Below, piece by piece: positions 17,870 through 42,991 of a stretch of DNA of 64,000 bases. The position numbers and the translations under genes are program-made. Under the pieces are notes generated by a model that was given only the letters and a program-made list of their open reading frames with translations, did not search any database and had not been told where the DNA came from. The stretch's first letter is position 1; every line of letters begins with the position of its first letter. This DNA comes from the human T2T-CHM13v2.0 reference genome, Homo sapiens, in assembly GCF_009914755.1 (NCBI RefSeq), contig NC_060931.1; one strand, written 5' to 3'.

Positions 17870-18384
17870 TAGAACCTTGGATTCGTCGGCCTCATAGTTC
17901 ATAATTTCAACCACTTACTGTCAGCACCTTCAATTCCTAGGTCCCTTGTTCCCTTGAAGTTCTTACCTTACAAATCTTCAACCTTGGATTACGCATGGAA
18001 TCCAAGAGAACATATATGTCCTCTCTTCTTCTATAACTAGGCTGCTCAGCATGGCTGGACAGAATACTTAGCACCACTATCAGGCCATGGTCTCTGAGCT
18101 CATCTGAGCTGTCGATACTCTTATCATATCATTTTACCTGATTCTGCTCATACCTATTTCTTTCTGCTACAATGACTAATTCAAATCCACTTTTCTCTCT
18201 CTCAATATAAAACTAGGCTTCCAAATTTGCTAAGAAAAATCAAGACTATTAGTGTAATTTCCTAATCTTCTATTCCTATTTCTAAAAGTGATTCATATTG
18301 GCACATTTTCACTTTCCTGTAATCTATTGAGAAAAAGTGTGTTGTATTTAACTCAAGGAATATATTTTTTATGGCAGTATAATT

Positions 18385-19080
18385 TTTTATTTCTATTTTT
18401 CTCTGTTTCAGTAGCTTTAGGGATACAAGTTGTTTTCAATTACGTGAATGAATTGTAGAGCGGAAAAGTCTGAAATTATAGTGCTCTCATCATCCAAGTG
18501 AGTAGTGTACATTGTATCCAATATGTAGTTTTTCTCCCTCACCCCTCTCTGACCCTCCCGTCTTCTGAGTCTCTAATGTCCATTATACCACTCTGTATGC
18601 CTTTCTATACCCAAGCTTAGCTCTCACTTCTAAATTTGGTTTTCCATTCTGCAGTTACTTCACATAGAATAATGGCCTCCAGTTCCATCCCAGTTTCTGC
18701 AAAAGATATTATTTCATTTTTTATGGCTGAGTAGTATTCCATACCATATTTTCTTTTTTTAATCCATTCATTGGTTGAAGAGTACTTAGGTTGGTACCAC
18801 ATCCTTGCAATTGTGAATTGTGCTGCAATAATCATACACATGCAGGTGTCTTTTTGATAAAATGATTTCTTTTTCTTTCAGTAGATGCCCAGTAGTGAAA
18901 TTGCTAGATGGAATGGTAGAAATACTTGTAGTTCTTTGAGAAATCTCCATTTTGGTTTCTATATAGGTTATACCAATTTACATTCCCACTAGCAGTATAT
19001 AAGCATATGAGCATATAAGTAGTATATAATTACCTTTTCTCCAAATCCACACCAACATTTATTGGTTTTTGATTTTTTAA
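18385..19080 (-). mobile_element. L1PB/L1MA 3' fragment
   Basis: Antisense L1 3'UTR and ORF2 C-terminus (MEYYSAIK...ELEAIIL). Confidence 0.85.
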
Positions 19081-19579
19081 AAATAATCAAGTCATATCTT
19101 CTCACTGTGCTCCCATTCTGGGAACTCACTGCAAGATTACAAATGGAGGTTTCAGAAAAACTGTTAACAGTGACAAAATGGAAATTTCTAGAAAGAAGCT
19201 AGTTTTGAGGATAAAGGGCTTAGTTTTAGTCATGAATGAGCAGATAATGTTCAAATTATGCACAGTATATTTTTAGAAAATTTTCCTCATAAAGGCTCAG
19301 AAAAATTAAAAAGTAATTAAGAAAAGAACCAAAATCTGTAAATCACTTTATTACTGTGTTGTGATCTTGTTTGAATCAATATGAAATTAAAAACATTTAT
19401 TTAATATATGCCTATGGTGTCAGTGTTGGCATATTATCACTAAACCATAAAAAAAATTGACCTCAGAATAAAATTGATTTTGACACATCTTATAATTTAA
19501 AATTAATAGTTAATAATTAGCAATTATTAATAATAGCTAATAATTATGTAGTGTCATTGTAATATAATTTATAATTGTA

Positions 19580-19840
19580 GATGGTATAGCAGAAAAGAAT
19601 ATGGGTTTTGGAGCTTGGTTTTCTGATTGTGAATTCTATCTCTGACAATTAGCACAATGGTAAGCAATATGAAATTAGGAAAAGTATTTAATTTTATGGC
19701 TCAAATACCTTATCTGTAAAATCAAGATAATGAAATATCCAAATCATACTGTTGTTTTGAGGTACAAATTCGTTAACATGCGTTAAATACATGGTACAAT
19801 GTCTGGAGCAGAGTAAGAACTCAATAAATTATAGCTATTG
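19580..19840 (+). mobile_element. MIR
   Basis: gaaaagaatatgggttttggagc...cttatctgtaaaat...agtaagaactcaataaattatagctatt. Confidence 0.7.
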
Positions 19841-20384
19841 TTATAATATTTTAATTTTTTTTACCAGTAATTGCTTTTGGCCAGTAATTGCTAATGAAAT
19901 TGCTTTTCTTTGTAATAGAGAATAGTATATATGAATGATGAGTGAAAATCATGATTTTTTCATTTGAGGAGTCACAGGTGTTTTTAGTAGTTTATGAAAC
20001 TGAAAATAACTTTTTAACAACATCATGTATTTTTCTTATTAGGCAAGGTTGTTTAGTTGGGAATTAAAATTTTTCTTGGATGGTTTAAAGGTATTGCCAA
20101 ATTGGCTGTAATATGTTCAAAATTAGCCTTTAAAAATAATGCATTCTTGAGTGTAAAAAAAAACTTAGCTTAGAGATTAGTTTATCCCTATATACTTTAT
20201 TTTTGGTTGATGGCATTACACAATTAAGTATCTGCTTATACAACGTATCAGAAATTTCCTAGTATTTACTAATACTTAAACATATTTCATATATTTATAT
20301 TTAGGTACAGAAAAATATGTTAAAATATTTTTTATACTATACCATATTAATCAGAAGTGTTATCTCAATGTGTGTTTTCTTCAG

Positions 20385-20408
20385 AAAAGGTCATTAGACC
20401 ATGAAAAG
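20385..20408 (+). CDS. Candidate 24-nt microexon (KRSLDHEK, phase 0)
   Basis: tgtgttttcttcag acceptor and AAG|gtgagt consensus donor; only phase 0 is stop-free. Confidence 0.45.
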
Positions 20409-23232
20409 GTGAGTCAGTTTGATAGGAAAGCTCAACCATAGCAACAAAAACTATGCATACAATGACAGACCCTCGTAATTTTGGGATGAATTGTAATTGA
20501 AAGCCTGTGTGTCTGGAAAGGATCAATGTGATGGCTGTATACTAACAAGCCACAGCAGATGGTCCAGTTTTGTTTAGAGTGGTCAGATGGAGTGCAGAAG
20601 CTAAAAATCATGACATCCATTTCAGAACCAGAATTTCTAGATGTTATCTCCTATGTGGTTGAAGAAAAGCATCTTTTACAGACCCATGCGCTCATATGGA
20701 AATGGCTATTATGTATGAAATATGAAATATTGTCACTCATTGTTCGTTATAGTATGCTTTCCATGATGAGTTTACATATTTTTATGTAGCAGCCATTGAG
20801 TATAAACAATGGGATATTAGCCAAACAGAATGACTGTATCTGACCTACAACTTAAAAATTATCATAAGAAATGTTTGCTTATACCCAATCAATATTCTAA
20901 AATCACATATATGGAGGGAGGCATTAATGTTAAAAAGGATAAAGAGAGTTTCTACTAAGAAAGAAATTATGAAGAAGAAACTTAAACATAATTTATATCA
21001 GAAGCATGGACACATGCATATATGAATTATTAGTATTATCTTAATCAAAAATATCTTCGCTTTTATTTGGTAGACAGTATTTTGCTATATAAAGTGTGCT
21101 GCAATTATTGTGTAATGATAAAGGGGGTATATTTATAGTCCACTCATCACATAATCACATGGCACTTGATGTTTTAAATGTCTTTTCATGCCAAATTACT
21201 GATGAAGGTATTATTATTCCGATTTTATTTATTAGAATATGGTCATGAAATAATTTCACATACTCCCAATGTTATTAAATATCGTAGCTGTGCTTCTTAG
21301 TTCTGACTTTAAACTTCTACCTTACACTATATTCACTAATGTCCAGTTATTAAATAGCAAAAAACTAGAGTGACATGTGCACATCCAATTACCTATCTCA
21401 AATAAAATTCACAGAAGAGCCTTATCAGGCTGATGACACTCTGTTGTTTTACTTATGTGGTATACTCTAGAATGCTTGAACTCTTTGCCGTGTTTACTTC
21501 TATTCATTCTTAAGGATTGTTTGACGAACCTCCATGGATTTTTCCCATTAACCAATGTAGATTTCGGTGTCATAGATCTCTGTGCTCACGTCTATTGCAG
21601 CACTTACATTTTAGTGTAATAGCCTATTTAGTCTATTCTCTCCTACAGTAGATTATCTGCAGAGTTTATGTCAAATATTCTATAAAGTCACTCAGGGTTA
21701 TTACGCTGAGCTTCTCTTTGTGGTAAATAGCACTCCTCATCTAACAAGAAACAAAGCTAGGTTTTTGAGATAGTTCTTTGACCATAAAGAAAAAAATTGT
21801 TAAATGGGGTGCCTAAGAACAACAACAAAGATCAGTATTATGCTCTCTGATGGCACCTTTTGATTTGGAATTTCTGGGTGATGTGTAATATGTCAAAGCT
21901 ACACTATGACTCTCTTTGCTCTTTGAACCAAACTGAGATAAATGCATGTAGCCCTTCTGCAGGATCAAATCAGGAAGAAATGCGTTACACCATTGTTCTG
22001 ATGCCTGTGGACAATGATATCTATAGTATATATTACATTAAAGACATTCTCCTTCTATGTTAAACCATGCTATATTGATATGTCAAATTGAATGTGAGTG
22101 GCAAGCTACTATCTGCTAACCATTTTAAGACTTAGTCTTACCTCAGGTTTAAATGAGCCTTGTAGTCATTGTAGGAGAAACTCAGTTGAAACCTGTCTAA
22201 GAGTGGCTTTTTCTGACATGAAAAAAAGGTAAGATATGGGTTGTATAACAGCAAAATGACTTAATGGCATGGTTTTAAATATATGTTGATATGGACATTA
22301 AACATAATTATTTAACAAGATGACAACTAGGAAACATCTATTTACATGGCAATAGGATTGACCTTTGCTCTGGTCTTTGACATTCATCTCTACAAAACAT
22401 GCAGTTAGAAGGCTAGCTATTTTCCTTAAAACTGATGGACAAGATGAATAATAGTATTATCAATGTTCCCCAAGAAAGTAAATGTATATTTTTCTATAGA
22501 TATTTATAATTTTAAAAATTATTTTACTTGCAATATTCATTTTGTCCATTTTCAACTAGATAATCTACAAGGAACTTACCTTTACCAAATATTATGCTGT
22601 GTTTTTTTTTTTTACTCAAGACAGAACTATAAGTTTTAATGCTTTGACAAAATTATAAATGTGCATTAATAAGATGACTAAAAGGACAGATAGTTTTAAG
22701 TGAAGCAGCAAGTGCAAAAACTGGTAAACCCGAGGGCACATATTTTCAGTTGAATGCTCTAGGCATATATCTGAAAATATTTAAATATTTAAAACACAGG
22801 CGCATGATTCATCCCCTCCAGTTGTAAAAGATACTTAACCCAACAAATACAAGGTAGACAATAAAAAGGATAAAAAATGAACTGTAATCAGGAAGGAGAT
22901 AGCTGCGCCAACTACTGTAAACTGAATAATTATTGCAATTTAGAGTTGTAGTCATTTTTGAACTTAATAACAGAGAAAACAAAAGAAAAAGAAAATTTTG
23001 TTTAACTAATACTCATTCACTGATACAAGGAAATAAATGAGTTTTTTTAAAGACCAGTTTCTTGATAATTTCTAGAAGATAATTCTATGAATAATTTATC
23101 TTCTAGATACCCGTGTAAGCCATATTATATAAAGTGTTGGGCAATATCTTGAGGAACAATTGTGTTCTCATGACTGTATATTGCTTATTTTTAATGGCCA
23201 GGCAATAAGAAAATATATTCTCTAATTTGTAG

Positions 23233-23282
23233 TGAAGTACGTACAATTTGCTGTAAGACAACGCAAGCTGGAAATCCCTCAG
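23233..23282 (+). CDS. Candidate 50-nt exon
   Basis: ttctctaatttgtag acceptor, CAG|gtacca donor, retained CpGs; xKYVQFAVRQRKLEIPQ or xEVRTICCKTTQAGNPS. Confidence 0.4.
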
Positions 23283-23697
23283 GTACCATATAAATTGGAT
23301 ACCATTATTTTCCAGTTCTGCTATGAATACCGCTTTGGGGGGCATAAAGCTTATAAAAGTTTGATAATCTCCTTAAAATGAAGAAAAATATATAATGTTA
23401 TTTATGGAATATTTACAAGAATATGGGGATATGAATACCTAGGATTTGAAAGGGTCCAGGAGCTGAAGTTTTATTTGTTTCTCAGGCAATCTTCATTTGT
23501 CTTCACCTTTTCAATCTTGCCCATTTTTAATTGTTCCCTTGGGCAACCATCCAGATGTGAGACTAAACCTAAGAATTATCATAAATAATTCTTTTTAAAT
23601 TAATGCCATCTCACCCTATCATTCTCACTCCACATTTAATATCTAAACTTGGTGGTAATTTTAATGTTTAATAGGTGTTATTTTATCTCTCTGGATT

Positions 23698-23724
23698 AAT
23701 AATAATAATAATAATAATAATAAT
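23698..23724. repeat. (AAT)n microsatellite
   Basis: Direct reading. Confidence 0.9.
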
Positions 23725-23795
23725 TCTTGCAGCCCTTTGTGATGAACTTTTCCACTCATTTAACCCAATGTCTTTGACACTCTGTTGCCATATGA

Positions 23796-24293
<498 letters not shown>

Positions 24294-25054
24294 TGAATGT
24301 TATTTTATAAAAACACTTGACAATTCATATGCAGATAGCCCATAGAACTCCTTTTGAGGAAGTTTGTGGAGAAGAATCATAAACTTTGTGTCTTTCCTTC
24401 TTTTTAAAAGGCACACGTCCGGTACATCACATGCAGTTAGTAAATACCTAATTAATATATGAAATAATAAGCATTAATATATTTCAGCCAAGTAATTTCC
24501 AAATGTAGTTAAGCGGCTGAAGAATGAGACTGACACTTCATTTTTCTATGGGGACTAAATTTATAGATCTTATTGCGGTCCAACCATTACTCGCATTTGA
24601 ATCGCTAAATATGTTTGCTAGAATTACGGTTTCCAATGTTACTCACATCTACAGACATCTCTTGGTAATATACATTTTCATTGGCTCCCCAAGTGGTATT
24701 TTCATACACTTTATTTTGAGAATCATTATTCTAGAAGGTTTTATATTCTGCAGTTATTCTTCTTAAAGTACTCTTGTCAAATAGTTTCCTCATATACACC
24801 TCATTAGACATTGTTACACTTAATATTGTGTTTAAATTCTGAAAAGAAATGTGCTTTATATATCATGTGTAAAATTCATTTATAGAACATTTTAAGGAAT
24901 TATATAATGCACCTGATATTGATGTGTCTATGTCATCTTCTCTTTATTATGGAAGAAGACCACAACATTGCCACAAGCATGAGGGTATATGTATCCTTAA
25001 GAGGGGGACAAAAAGCTTTTAATCTCCTAAAAAAATTGTTCAGAAATTCAGTCA

Positions 25055-25390
<336 letters not shown>

Positions 25391-25473
25391 CTAGAAAGAA
25401 CATTTTGGCCTCTACAATGTGTAGGTCAATAGCTTGTTTCAAATACGCATTTTTTTAAAAAAATAGAATTTTT

Positions 25474-25766
<293 letters not shown>

Positions 25767-27387
25767 AGAATTTTTATTTGACTTCATGTAAACTGATTTC
25801 AAGTAATGCATGATCCCAACACATCCACAAAGTATGTAAAATAATGTATACCCACCTTATTATTTGAACTAAATTTTATTATATGCTATAATTTAAAATA
25901 TAACTTCAAAAATTTCAAATTTTTTCTTAAGGTTTCAGAGCCCAGTTAAAAATACCGTAAGAAACTACCATTTAGCCATTGAACATTAATTAATATCAGA
26001 GATCCTTATTTTGTTTCTGACATTAGTGACTAAATCGGAAAAACATAATCATTATGGTGAACATAGTAGAAAACCTTGGCTTTAAGCTTCTTAGACGTTT
26101 GATCTTTGGCGAGTATCCTCAACATAGCCAAGCCTCATTTTCCTAAATTTTCTCCAAATGAGGAAAAGAGTCTTCATAACATTGTCCTACGATTGAAAAA
26201 AATAATATACCTATGACATTTCTCACAGCACTTTAGGGCAGGGATGACTGTTCAGAAATCATTCTCATTGCTCTGCAATTTTATCAAAATGTGTTAAGTA
26301 TTTAAGTGTTCCAGGAAAACTCTTGGGGAATAGGTGGTATATTGAAGGTGTCTGCAGAGTGATTCTGATGAGTGACTTCATTACATATAATTTATCTTGA
26401 TTTTACAGAAGTCTAAGAGTATTCAACTGCCTAAACGTTTAGACAAAATGTTATCTTGGCAATGGGTGCATTTCTTTGAGCTGCTTCAGAAGATGCTTAT
26501 TTTAGTCAAAGTCCATGCTTGCTGTGAATGACCTGTGATAAAACACAAAATCCCTGCCGAATTCTGATTTCTCGTCTCTTAGAGCTTATGAGCTGGTGTT
26601 TTTCCTCCAACATCTTAGACTTTTGCCAGTACTTCTGCCTATATCTCAGATTCTTGCCCTCTAATTTTCCCATTTCTAGAGCCACCTGACCTTGTCTGAT
26701 CTGTATGTCTTCGCTGTCTGAAATGACAGTATTTTACCTCTTTAGATTGTTCTGCCAATCAATCCTACCTCCTAGAGTGTACTCACTGCCTCCTTGCTAA
26801 ACTCTTGACCTTCGCCCCCTGTCCCCACCTCACATCACTCTGCCTAGGCCTATCATATGCTACTTTAATTTCACTCCTCAACCTCCGAGTGTTTCATCAG
26901 ATATATGTGATGCTTGTTCCTCAAGCCTTTTCTGTGACAAGGGCTTCTTTTTAAGACATGTATTTGCTCTGGTGACAAAGGTAAATTTCCTTTTAGTTGG
27001 TTAAAGGAAAGTTTAGCAATAGCTGCCAGTAGATCATCAGATCATCAAAGGTTCTATACATCAAATTGTCTACAATCACAATTTTTGTGTGTCCAGTTGG
27101 GAGCAATTTATCATCACTAAATGTTGCATGGAGGCTCTTCATAAGCAGAATATGTGTGAAACCTGTTCCTGGTATTCACTGCCAACAGGTGATGTGTGAG
27201 ACAATTTGTTTTCTGGCCTAAGAAGAAAATATTATCATTTCCTAATATTTACTGAATTACTTATTGAATTTGTTTTGGCAATAGACTATTAGGTAGTCTT
27301 GGAGTGTATTCATAAAGGATTTCCCTAGTAGTGTAAGAAAGTGTTCATCTCCAGATAGAACACTTTAAATCCACTGCAGTGACTCTT

Positions 27388-27665
27388 TTTTTTTTTTATT
27401 ATACTTTAAGTTTTAGGGTACATGTGCACAACGTGCAGGTTAGTTACATATGTATACATCTGCCATGTTGGTGTGCTGCACCCATTAACTCATCATTTAA
27501 CATTGACAAATAGGATCTAATTAAACTAAACTTTTGCACAGCAAAAGAAACTACCATCAGAATGAACAGGCAACCTACAGAATGGGAGAAAATTTTTGCA
27601 ATCTACTCATCTGACAAAGGGCTAATATCCAGAATCTACAATGAACTCAAACAAACAAATTTACA
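27388..27665 (-). mobile_element. Short L1PA insertion with 5' inversion
   Basis: Antisense 3' end 27388-27504, sense ORF2 piece 27503-27667; TSD agtgactctt (27378-27387, 27666-27675). Confidence 0.92.
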
Positions 27666-29009
27666 AGTGACTCTTACTTACATTAATTTGATGAGGTTTT
27701 TCTCCAGGTCTGGATAGTAATGATGATAACTCCACCATTAAGAAGATACTCTACTTTTGCATAAAAATCACAATGTCCAACACTTTTTTACATGAATTGT
27801 CTCATTTTATGACAGCAAAAGCTCTCTGTGATCCAGGTAGGATAAATATAGTGTACCCCTCATACAGCCAAGCTACAAAAGCCCATGGAAGTGTTAGGGC
27901 TGATCTCATGCTAACATATGGTAGACCAAAACAAATGCTTTCTTACTTAATAACAAATCTTACTTGTACACCAGTACATGAATCAGATAAAAGCAAGACT
28001 TGGCTAGTTGAACCAAGGAGAGACCCTTGACCCTCTGCTAGCTCAGCCTCTCAATGCCACAGAACACAGTTTTAAGGAAGAGGTTATCTGATCAAGTTGT
28101 TATTAGAAAGCTACAACAACAAAAACAATTATTCTGATGCAGAGTCAAGAGATTGGTGTAGAAGAGAGCCTGTAGGCTGAGGGACAAGAGTTAGTAGCTA
28201 GCACTTCACAATAAGAGAGAGAAACTGTAAGACCAGAAAAACCTATAAGGGTTCCCACTATTCAAATCCGGGATACTTAAAAGTGCAGTAATGCATTGTA
28301 ATACATTAAAAAATTAAAATATATGAGTCCATAGAGATAACATAGGTAAACAAATAAATATGTACCTACATGCATGCACACATATAAAATACATAATTAG
28401 GAGAGAAGAGAGGTCCTTTTCTGAAGCATCATGCAGGACACCCAGTCAGTGTCTCTGCACAAGTAGACTGGGAAAATTATTATGTTGATTTGCTTATAAC
28501 AGGGATTGGGTGAGATAGAAATCATCAGTAAATGGTAGATCTAGGGAGAATTTTTGCTAAAAATCAGCATATTTCCTTTGTCTTAAAGTTCCCCCTTCTG
28601 ACTGCTTATTTGTAACAGGGAGAAAAAAGAAGTAATTACACAGCAAAGTAAATTATGCAGCACCTTGAACAAGCGATCAAAGCCAACTTCACCAGTAAGG
28701 GACATAGAGATATCATGTGTCTTCAGATGCGACAGTCCAAGAAGGACACATAACCTGTACAATATTCCAGCTGAGAATGAAAAGTCTGAATCTAATAACA
28801 AGAAACCACCAGATAAACACAAAATTAAAAGTTTACATTAAATGAAAAGGAAAGAGACCAATAAATGTCAATGTCATAAAAGACAAAGGCTGTGGAGATA
28901 TTCCAGATTCAAGAAAGTCAAATAGAAATGACAACTAAATACAATTTCTGACTCTAGGCAGAATCTTGTATTGAAAGAAAAAAAAAAAAGAAAAAAAAAA
29001 TATATATTT

Positions 29010-35939
<6,930 letters not shown>

Positions 35940-36573
35940 GAAAAAAATATTTTTTAAAGGAACTTGTGGAGAGGACATTATTAGGTCACCTGACAAAATT
36001 GCAACATGAATGGTAAGTTAGATTACAATATATTAATGTATAGATACTGTATTAATATTGCACTAATCGTAACTTTTCTGAGGTTGATAATTGTATGGTA
36101 GTCTCTTCTTATCCCTAAAGGTTATGTTTCAAGGCTCCTGGCAGATGCCTGAAACTGCGGATAATACTGAACCATATATATGTTTTTTTTGATGCATACA
36201 TAATTATGATAAAGCTTAATTTATAAATTAGGTACAGTAAAATATTACCAATAACTTATAATAAAATATAACAATTATAGCAATATACTGTAATAAAACT
36301 TATGTGAATGTGGTCTCTCTCTCTCTAAATATCTTAGTGTACTCTACTCAGCATCCTTCTTGTGAGAAAGTAAGACGACAAAATGCCTATGTGATGGGAG
36401 GAAGTGAATGTTAGGCTACTGTTGACCCTCTGACAATATTCCAGAGGAAGGATTATCTGCTTTGGGTGATCCTGGATCATCGAGTCCGAAAGATGTCCAT
36501 AGTTGGATGTCAGGAGCAGATGTTAGTGACTAAGGGCAAGTACCAGGTAGACTCTAGACAAAGGGACAATTCA

Positions 36574-38920
<2,347 letters not shown>

Positions 38921-39400
38921 AGACAGGTGTTAGGGAGGCAGAAAAGCGAGGAAAAAGAAAGAGTGGCAATGTGTTAATTGGACACCTACTATGTTCTGTG
39001 TACTACTGTGTGCTATGCTACATGATTTCGTTCATGTGTTTTAAGAAGCTTTGCAACAATTTTGAGAGGTAGACATTACCATCCTAATGTATGCATATGA
39101 AAACTGAAGTTTTGGCTGCCTAATTAACTTCCCAAAGTCACAAGGCTCACATGTAAAATATACAGTTATCTGGAGCCAGGTCCATCTGATTTCAATGGAG
39201 AAGAGAAGCTTGTTCCCTGATTGTGGGCATTCCATTTATCTACCCTCATTTTAGTGTATGTTATTCAACACTGTTTCCGTATTCTTAGCGGTATTTTGAG
39301 TTTCTAAAATCAGGAGCACAGATTTGTCTTCCAACATCAGGCTAAAAATGCATTTAATTAAATTTCTCTTCATTTGAAACAAATGTTTCTTAAATTAAAA
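38921..39400 (+). other. L1 3'-transduced segment containing a MIR fragment
   Basis: Non-L1 sequence between the L1 tail and the second TSD copy (39401-39417); ATTAAA at 39357-39362; A-run from 39397. Confidence 0.85.
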
Positions 39401-40582
39401 AAAAATTTTGAATTGTTAATTTTTTGGATTTTCCATTTAATATTTTCAGACTGTGGTTAACTTGGGGTAAGTGAAACCACAGGATGTGAACTGCAGATAA
39501 GGGGGGCTACTGTATTGTGGCTATGCAAGAGAACATTGCGTAGGAAATATATACTGAAGAATTTGAGAGTAAGAAGCAATTATATGTGTTATTTATTCTC
39601 AAATGGTTCAGAAAATCTACATATATTTATGTATGTATGTGTCTGTGTTTACAGAGGGAAAGAACAATAAGCAAATGAAGTAAAATGTTGGCAGTAGGTG
39701 AGTATTGGTAAAGAATATGTGGATGTTCTTTGTATTAATTTTATTTCTGCAACTCTTCTGCAGACTAAAATGATTTCCAAATAGAGAATTTTGTAAAAAC
39801 TAGTCCTCAACTAGAAATATATTATTTCTATCAAAACAAAATAAATATAGTGAAAGCCTCTAATTCAGCGTTTGCTGGTGTGCTTATTTTATTGTTGTTT
39901 TTTCGGGAATGGCCTACAGACATTCATCTTGTTATCCAGTGGGAAAAAATATTTGAAATCATGAAAGTGAGGGAAAATTTCTTTGCTTAGTCTGTGGACC
40001 AACTTTTTTGCTTTTCTCACATTAATTTGTCCCTTCCTTTTGTTATTCTAGTTGCTAACCAGTCAACAGTGGCTTGTTTTTATGAACAATAAATTGCATA
40101 CGAGTTTTACTTTCAGATTTTATGGAAGAGAAGTAGCTAAGGGCAGAGACCATGTCTTATAAATTTCCTGAGTGTTTTTATTGAATAATTTTTAAATTCA
40201 CCTTTCTAAAAGACTTATAGCTTGGAAATAATGTACATAGATTACTTCTTCTGCTTTTTACTACACATGTAGATTTTGTGGGAATCACATACGGTTTAGA
40301 ATCTGTAAGAATTAGCAATTTCACATATTTTAATATTTGGGATTCTTACAAAGGTGCAAGTTAAAAATATCCTGAAACTTTTAAGATATTTCTTTAGGGA
40401 ATGTATCTATTCTGAGAGAATATCAAGTTCCTCTGAGCTGTTTTTAAATTTTTAGATTTTTAAGACTTTATAATCAGTAAATTCCTTGCTGATGTCGTCA
40501 TAATTTATGCTTTTATTATGAATTTAATTGGAAACTTACAACACCAAAGAATTGATAAGAACTACATCAAACTGGCGATTAC

Positions 40583-40630
40583 AAATAAAATGATAATTAC
40601 AGCCTATAAATAAAATGATAATTACAGCCT
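40583..40630 (+). repeat. 25-bp tandem duplication
   Basis: aaataaaatgataattacagcct occurs at 40583 and 40608. Confidence 0.95.
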
Positions 40631-42184
40631 CCCTCAGAAAACACAATAAGAATCAGTAGATTAAAATCTACCAACATTTGAACACACAAAAAGAATGTCA
40701 AATAGATAAATAAAAGGTTTCACTTAAGAACCGAATCTTAGTAATCATATCTTCATTACTCTATCATGGATATTTTCTGGTACAAGGAGATTTATAATAT
40801 TGCTGTCCGAGAATTCACACATCGAAGATATCTACAGTTAAACTAGTGAAAGAATCTATTTGAATCTCTCTGCCCCACTCTCTCTAAAAGGATATTTCAA
40901 GTGTCCAAACGCTAATAGAATTGCTGCAGGCTCTTAGTTTAAATTTTAGATTCACTGTCTAAAATAACTCCAGGACTACAGTGTGGCACATTAGTTATTT
41001 CTAAAATATTGTAATGGATCACAATAACTCTAGTGAATATTGTTGAAGAAAAAGAAAATGAGTAGAGGAATTAAAAGAAATATAAAGAAGGCTTTACATA
41101 AATTAAGAAAAGTTATTAGAGAATTTGGTTCAATTCTGGGATTTTGAGCTGAATACATGGAAAAAAACATATGGAATTATGCATTGAAACAAAATCATTA
41201 GCATAAAAGATTAAGTATGTAACTTAAAAGGAGTTTGATGATCCTCTAGCGTGACCGTTGATTATATCAGATCACCCTTAATTTCCATTATTGATTCTTA
41301 CGCAGAACAGTTTAGACATATCTAGATGAGTGTGAAATAATAGCTTTAATAAAAAGGAAATAAAAAGGTTATTTTGTAGCTGGTCCACTTCTAAGTAGAC
41401 TTTTGAAATTTGAAAACTTTGTATTGTCATTGTCTTTACAATTTAAAGAGGGCTAAAAATGGTAGGGTCAATTTCTTCATACTATACAAATGTTATTACT
41501 CACAATAAATGGATATGCAGTACATTTTAGTGCAAGTATTTAATCATTATTATAAAATAGAAAAATTATATTCCATTATAACTTACAGTATTAATATAAA
41601 AAACTGGATCAGATATATTGTTTTCTCTATTAAATATGATTAAAATATGTTTAATTACTCATTTCATTTGCCTGCTTTGGATTCTTTGGTTGTAACAATG
41701 TCAATTATAGAATATATTTTATGGTTCCTGACTATTGCAGTAGATGAAACAAGACAATAAACTGAGAAAATGGAACTCTTAATTCAAAGAGCAAAGGAGG
41801 AAACAAAAAAACCGCTAAATTTTATATTTGAAAACCACAGTTACGATACCCAAGCATGGAAAACAAACAAACAAAAAACCCTTTTCAATATATAATGATA
41901 TGAAACATAATAATAATTAGAAACATTTTTAAAAGTTTGTAAAATTAAAAGTACTAAATTAAACATTCTTTTAAAACTCTTGTTACTCTAAACATATGTA
42001 GCCATCACAGACTGCTGCAGCCTCAAAAATGGTCCTTTTTTATCCCAAGTACATTAAACTATTTCCCTTAGGAAAAAAAAAAAGAGCTTTTGATAAGACA
42101 TATTCTGCCTCCTTTTGTATAATATAGTAAGCTAGGGGACTGGGATTTCTCTGATTAAATACTTAATGTTATCAGCACATGGTC

Positions 42185-42405
42185 TAGGTGCAGGCAAACT
42201 ACCATGCATTAGCCAGTCTGGCCCACTACCTGTTTTCAGGAATAAAACTTTGTTGGAATACAGTTACATGCTTTGTTAATATACTGTGTATGGTTACTTT
42301 CATGCTACATCAGAGTTCAATAGATGTGACAGAGACCACCTGGCCTGCAAAACCAGAAATATTTCCTAGCTGGCCCTTTATAGGAAACATTTACTGACCA
42401 CGGAC
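42185..42405. mobile_element. MER58A-like hAT MITE
   Basis: ggcaaacta...aataaaactttgttggaatacag...gacagagacc...tggcctgcaaaacc...tggccctttatagg. Confidence 0.75.
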
Positions 42406-42684
42406 TTATACTATTGTTATGCTAGCTCGCAAATTAATTGTAATATAGCTCTTCCAGGATACTGTTCTTCCCATTGTTTAATTTCAATATAAGCAATTCA
42501 TACCTAGTTTTTTTTGTATCTATCTAATAGACTGGTTTATATTTTTTAAGGATTTCTGTTGTGAAACATAAAATAATGTTATTTCCTTAACAGTGGTAGT
42601 TGAGTTCCAATGTGTGCTTTTGGTGATATCTATGTAAGTATGCCCCTAACTCTGAACTCTTAAAATATAATTCTGTTTTCGCAG

Positions 42685-42780
42685 CATCATCCAAGACTAC
42701 TGCTGTGGCTATGGCAGCGAGAATTTACTTTAGTATGTCTGTAGCTGTTGGCTGCTTTGATTGCGGACAGCATGTACGAG
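42685..42780 (+). CDS. Candidate 96-nt exon
   Basis: ttctgttttcgcag acceptor, GAG|gtaggg donor, raised GC/CpG; stop-free only in phase 1 (xSSKTTAVAMAARIYFSMSVAVGCFDCGQHVR). Confidence 0.45.
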
Positions 42781-42991
42781 GTAGGGAAAAAAGGGAGGGT
42801 GCTGGAGAGTGAATTTTGCAGAAGAAGCACTTTTCTTGATTTAATTTTTCCATATCACAAAAAATAAATATGGAAAAGATTCAAATATGAGAAAAATTGT
42901 ACATTCTAAAGTAGTAAAATTCGACTATATTTGGAAAGAACATTTAAAAATGTATAATTTAAGAAGGTGTTAATGAAAAACACTTGAGCAC

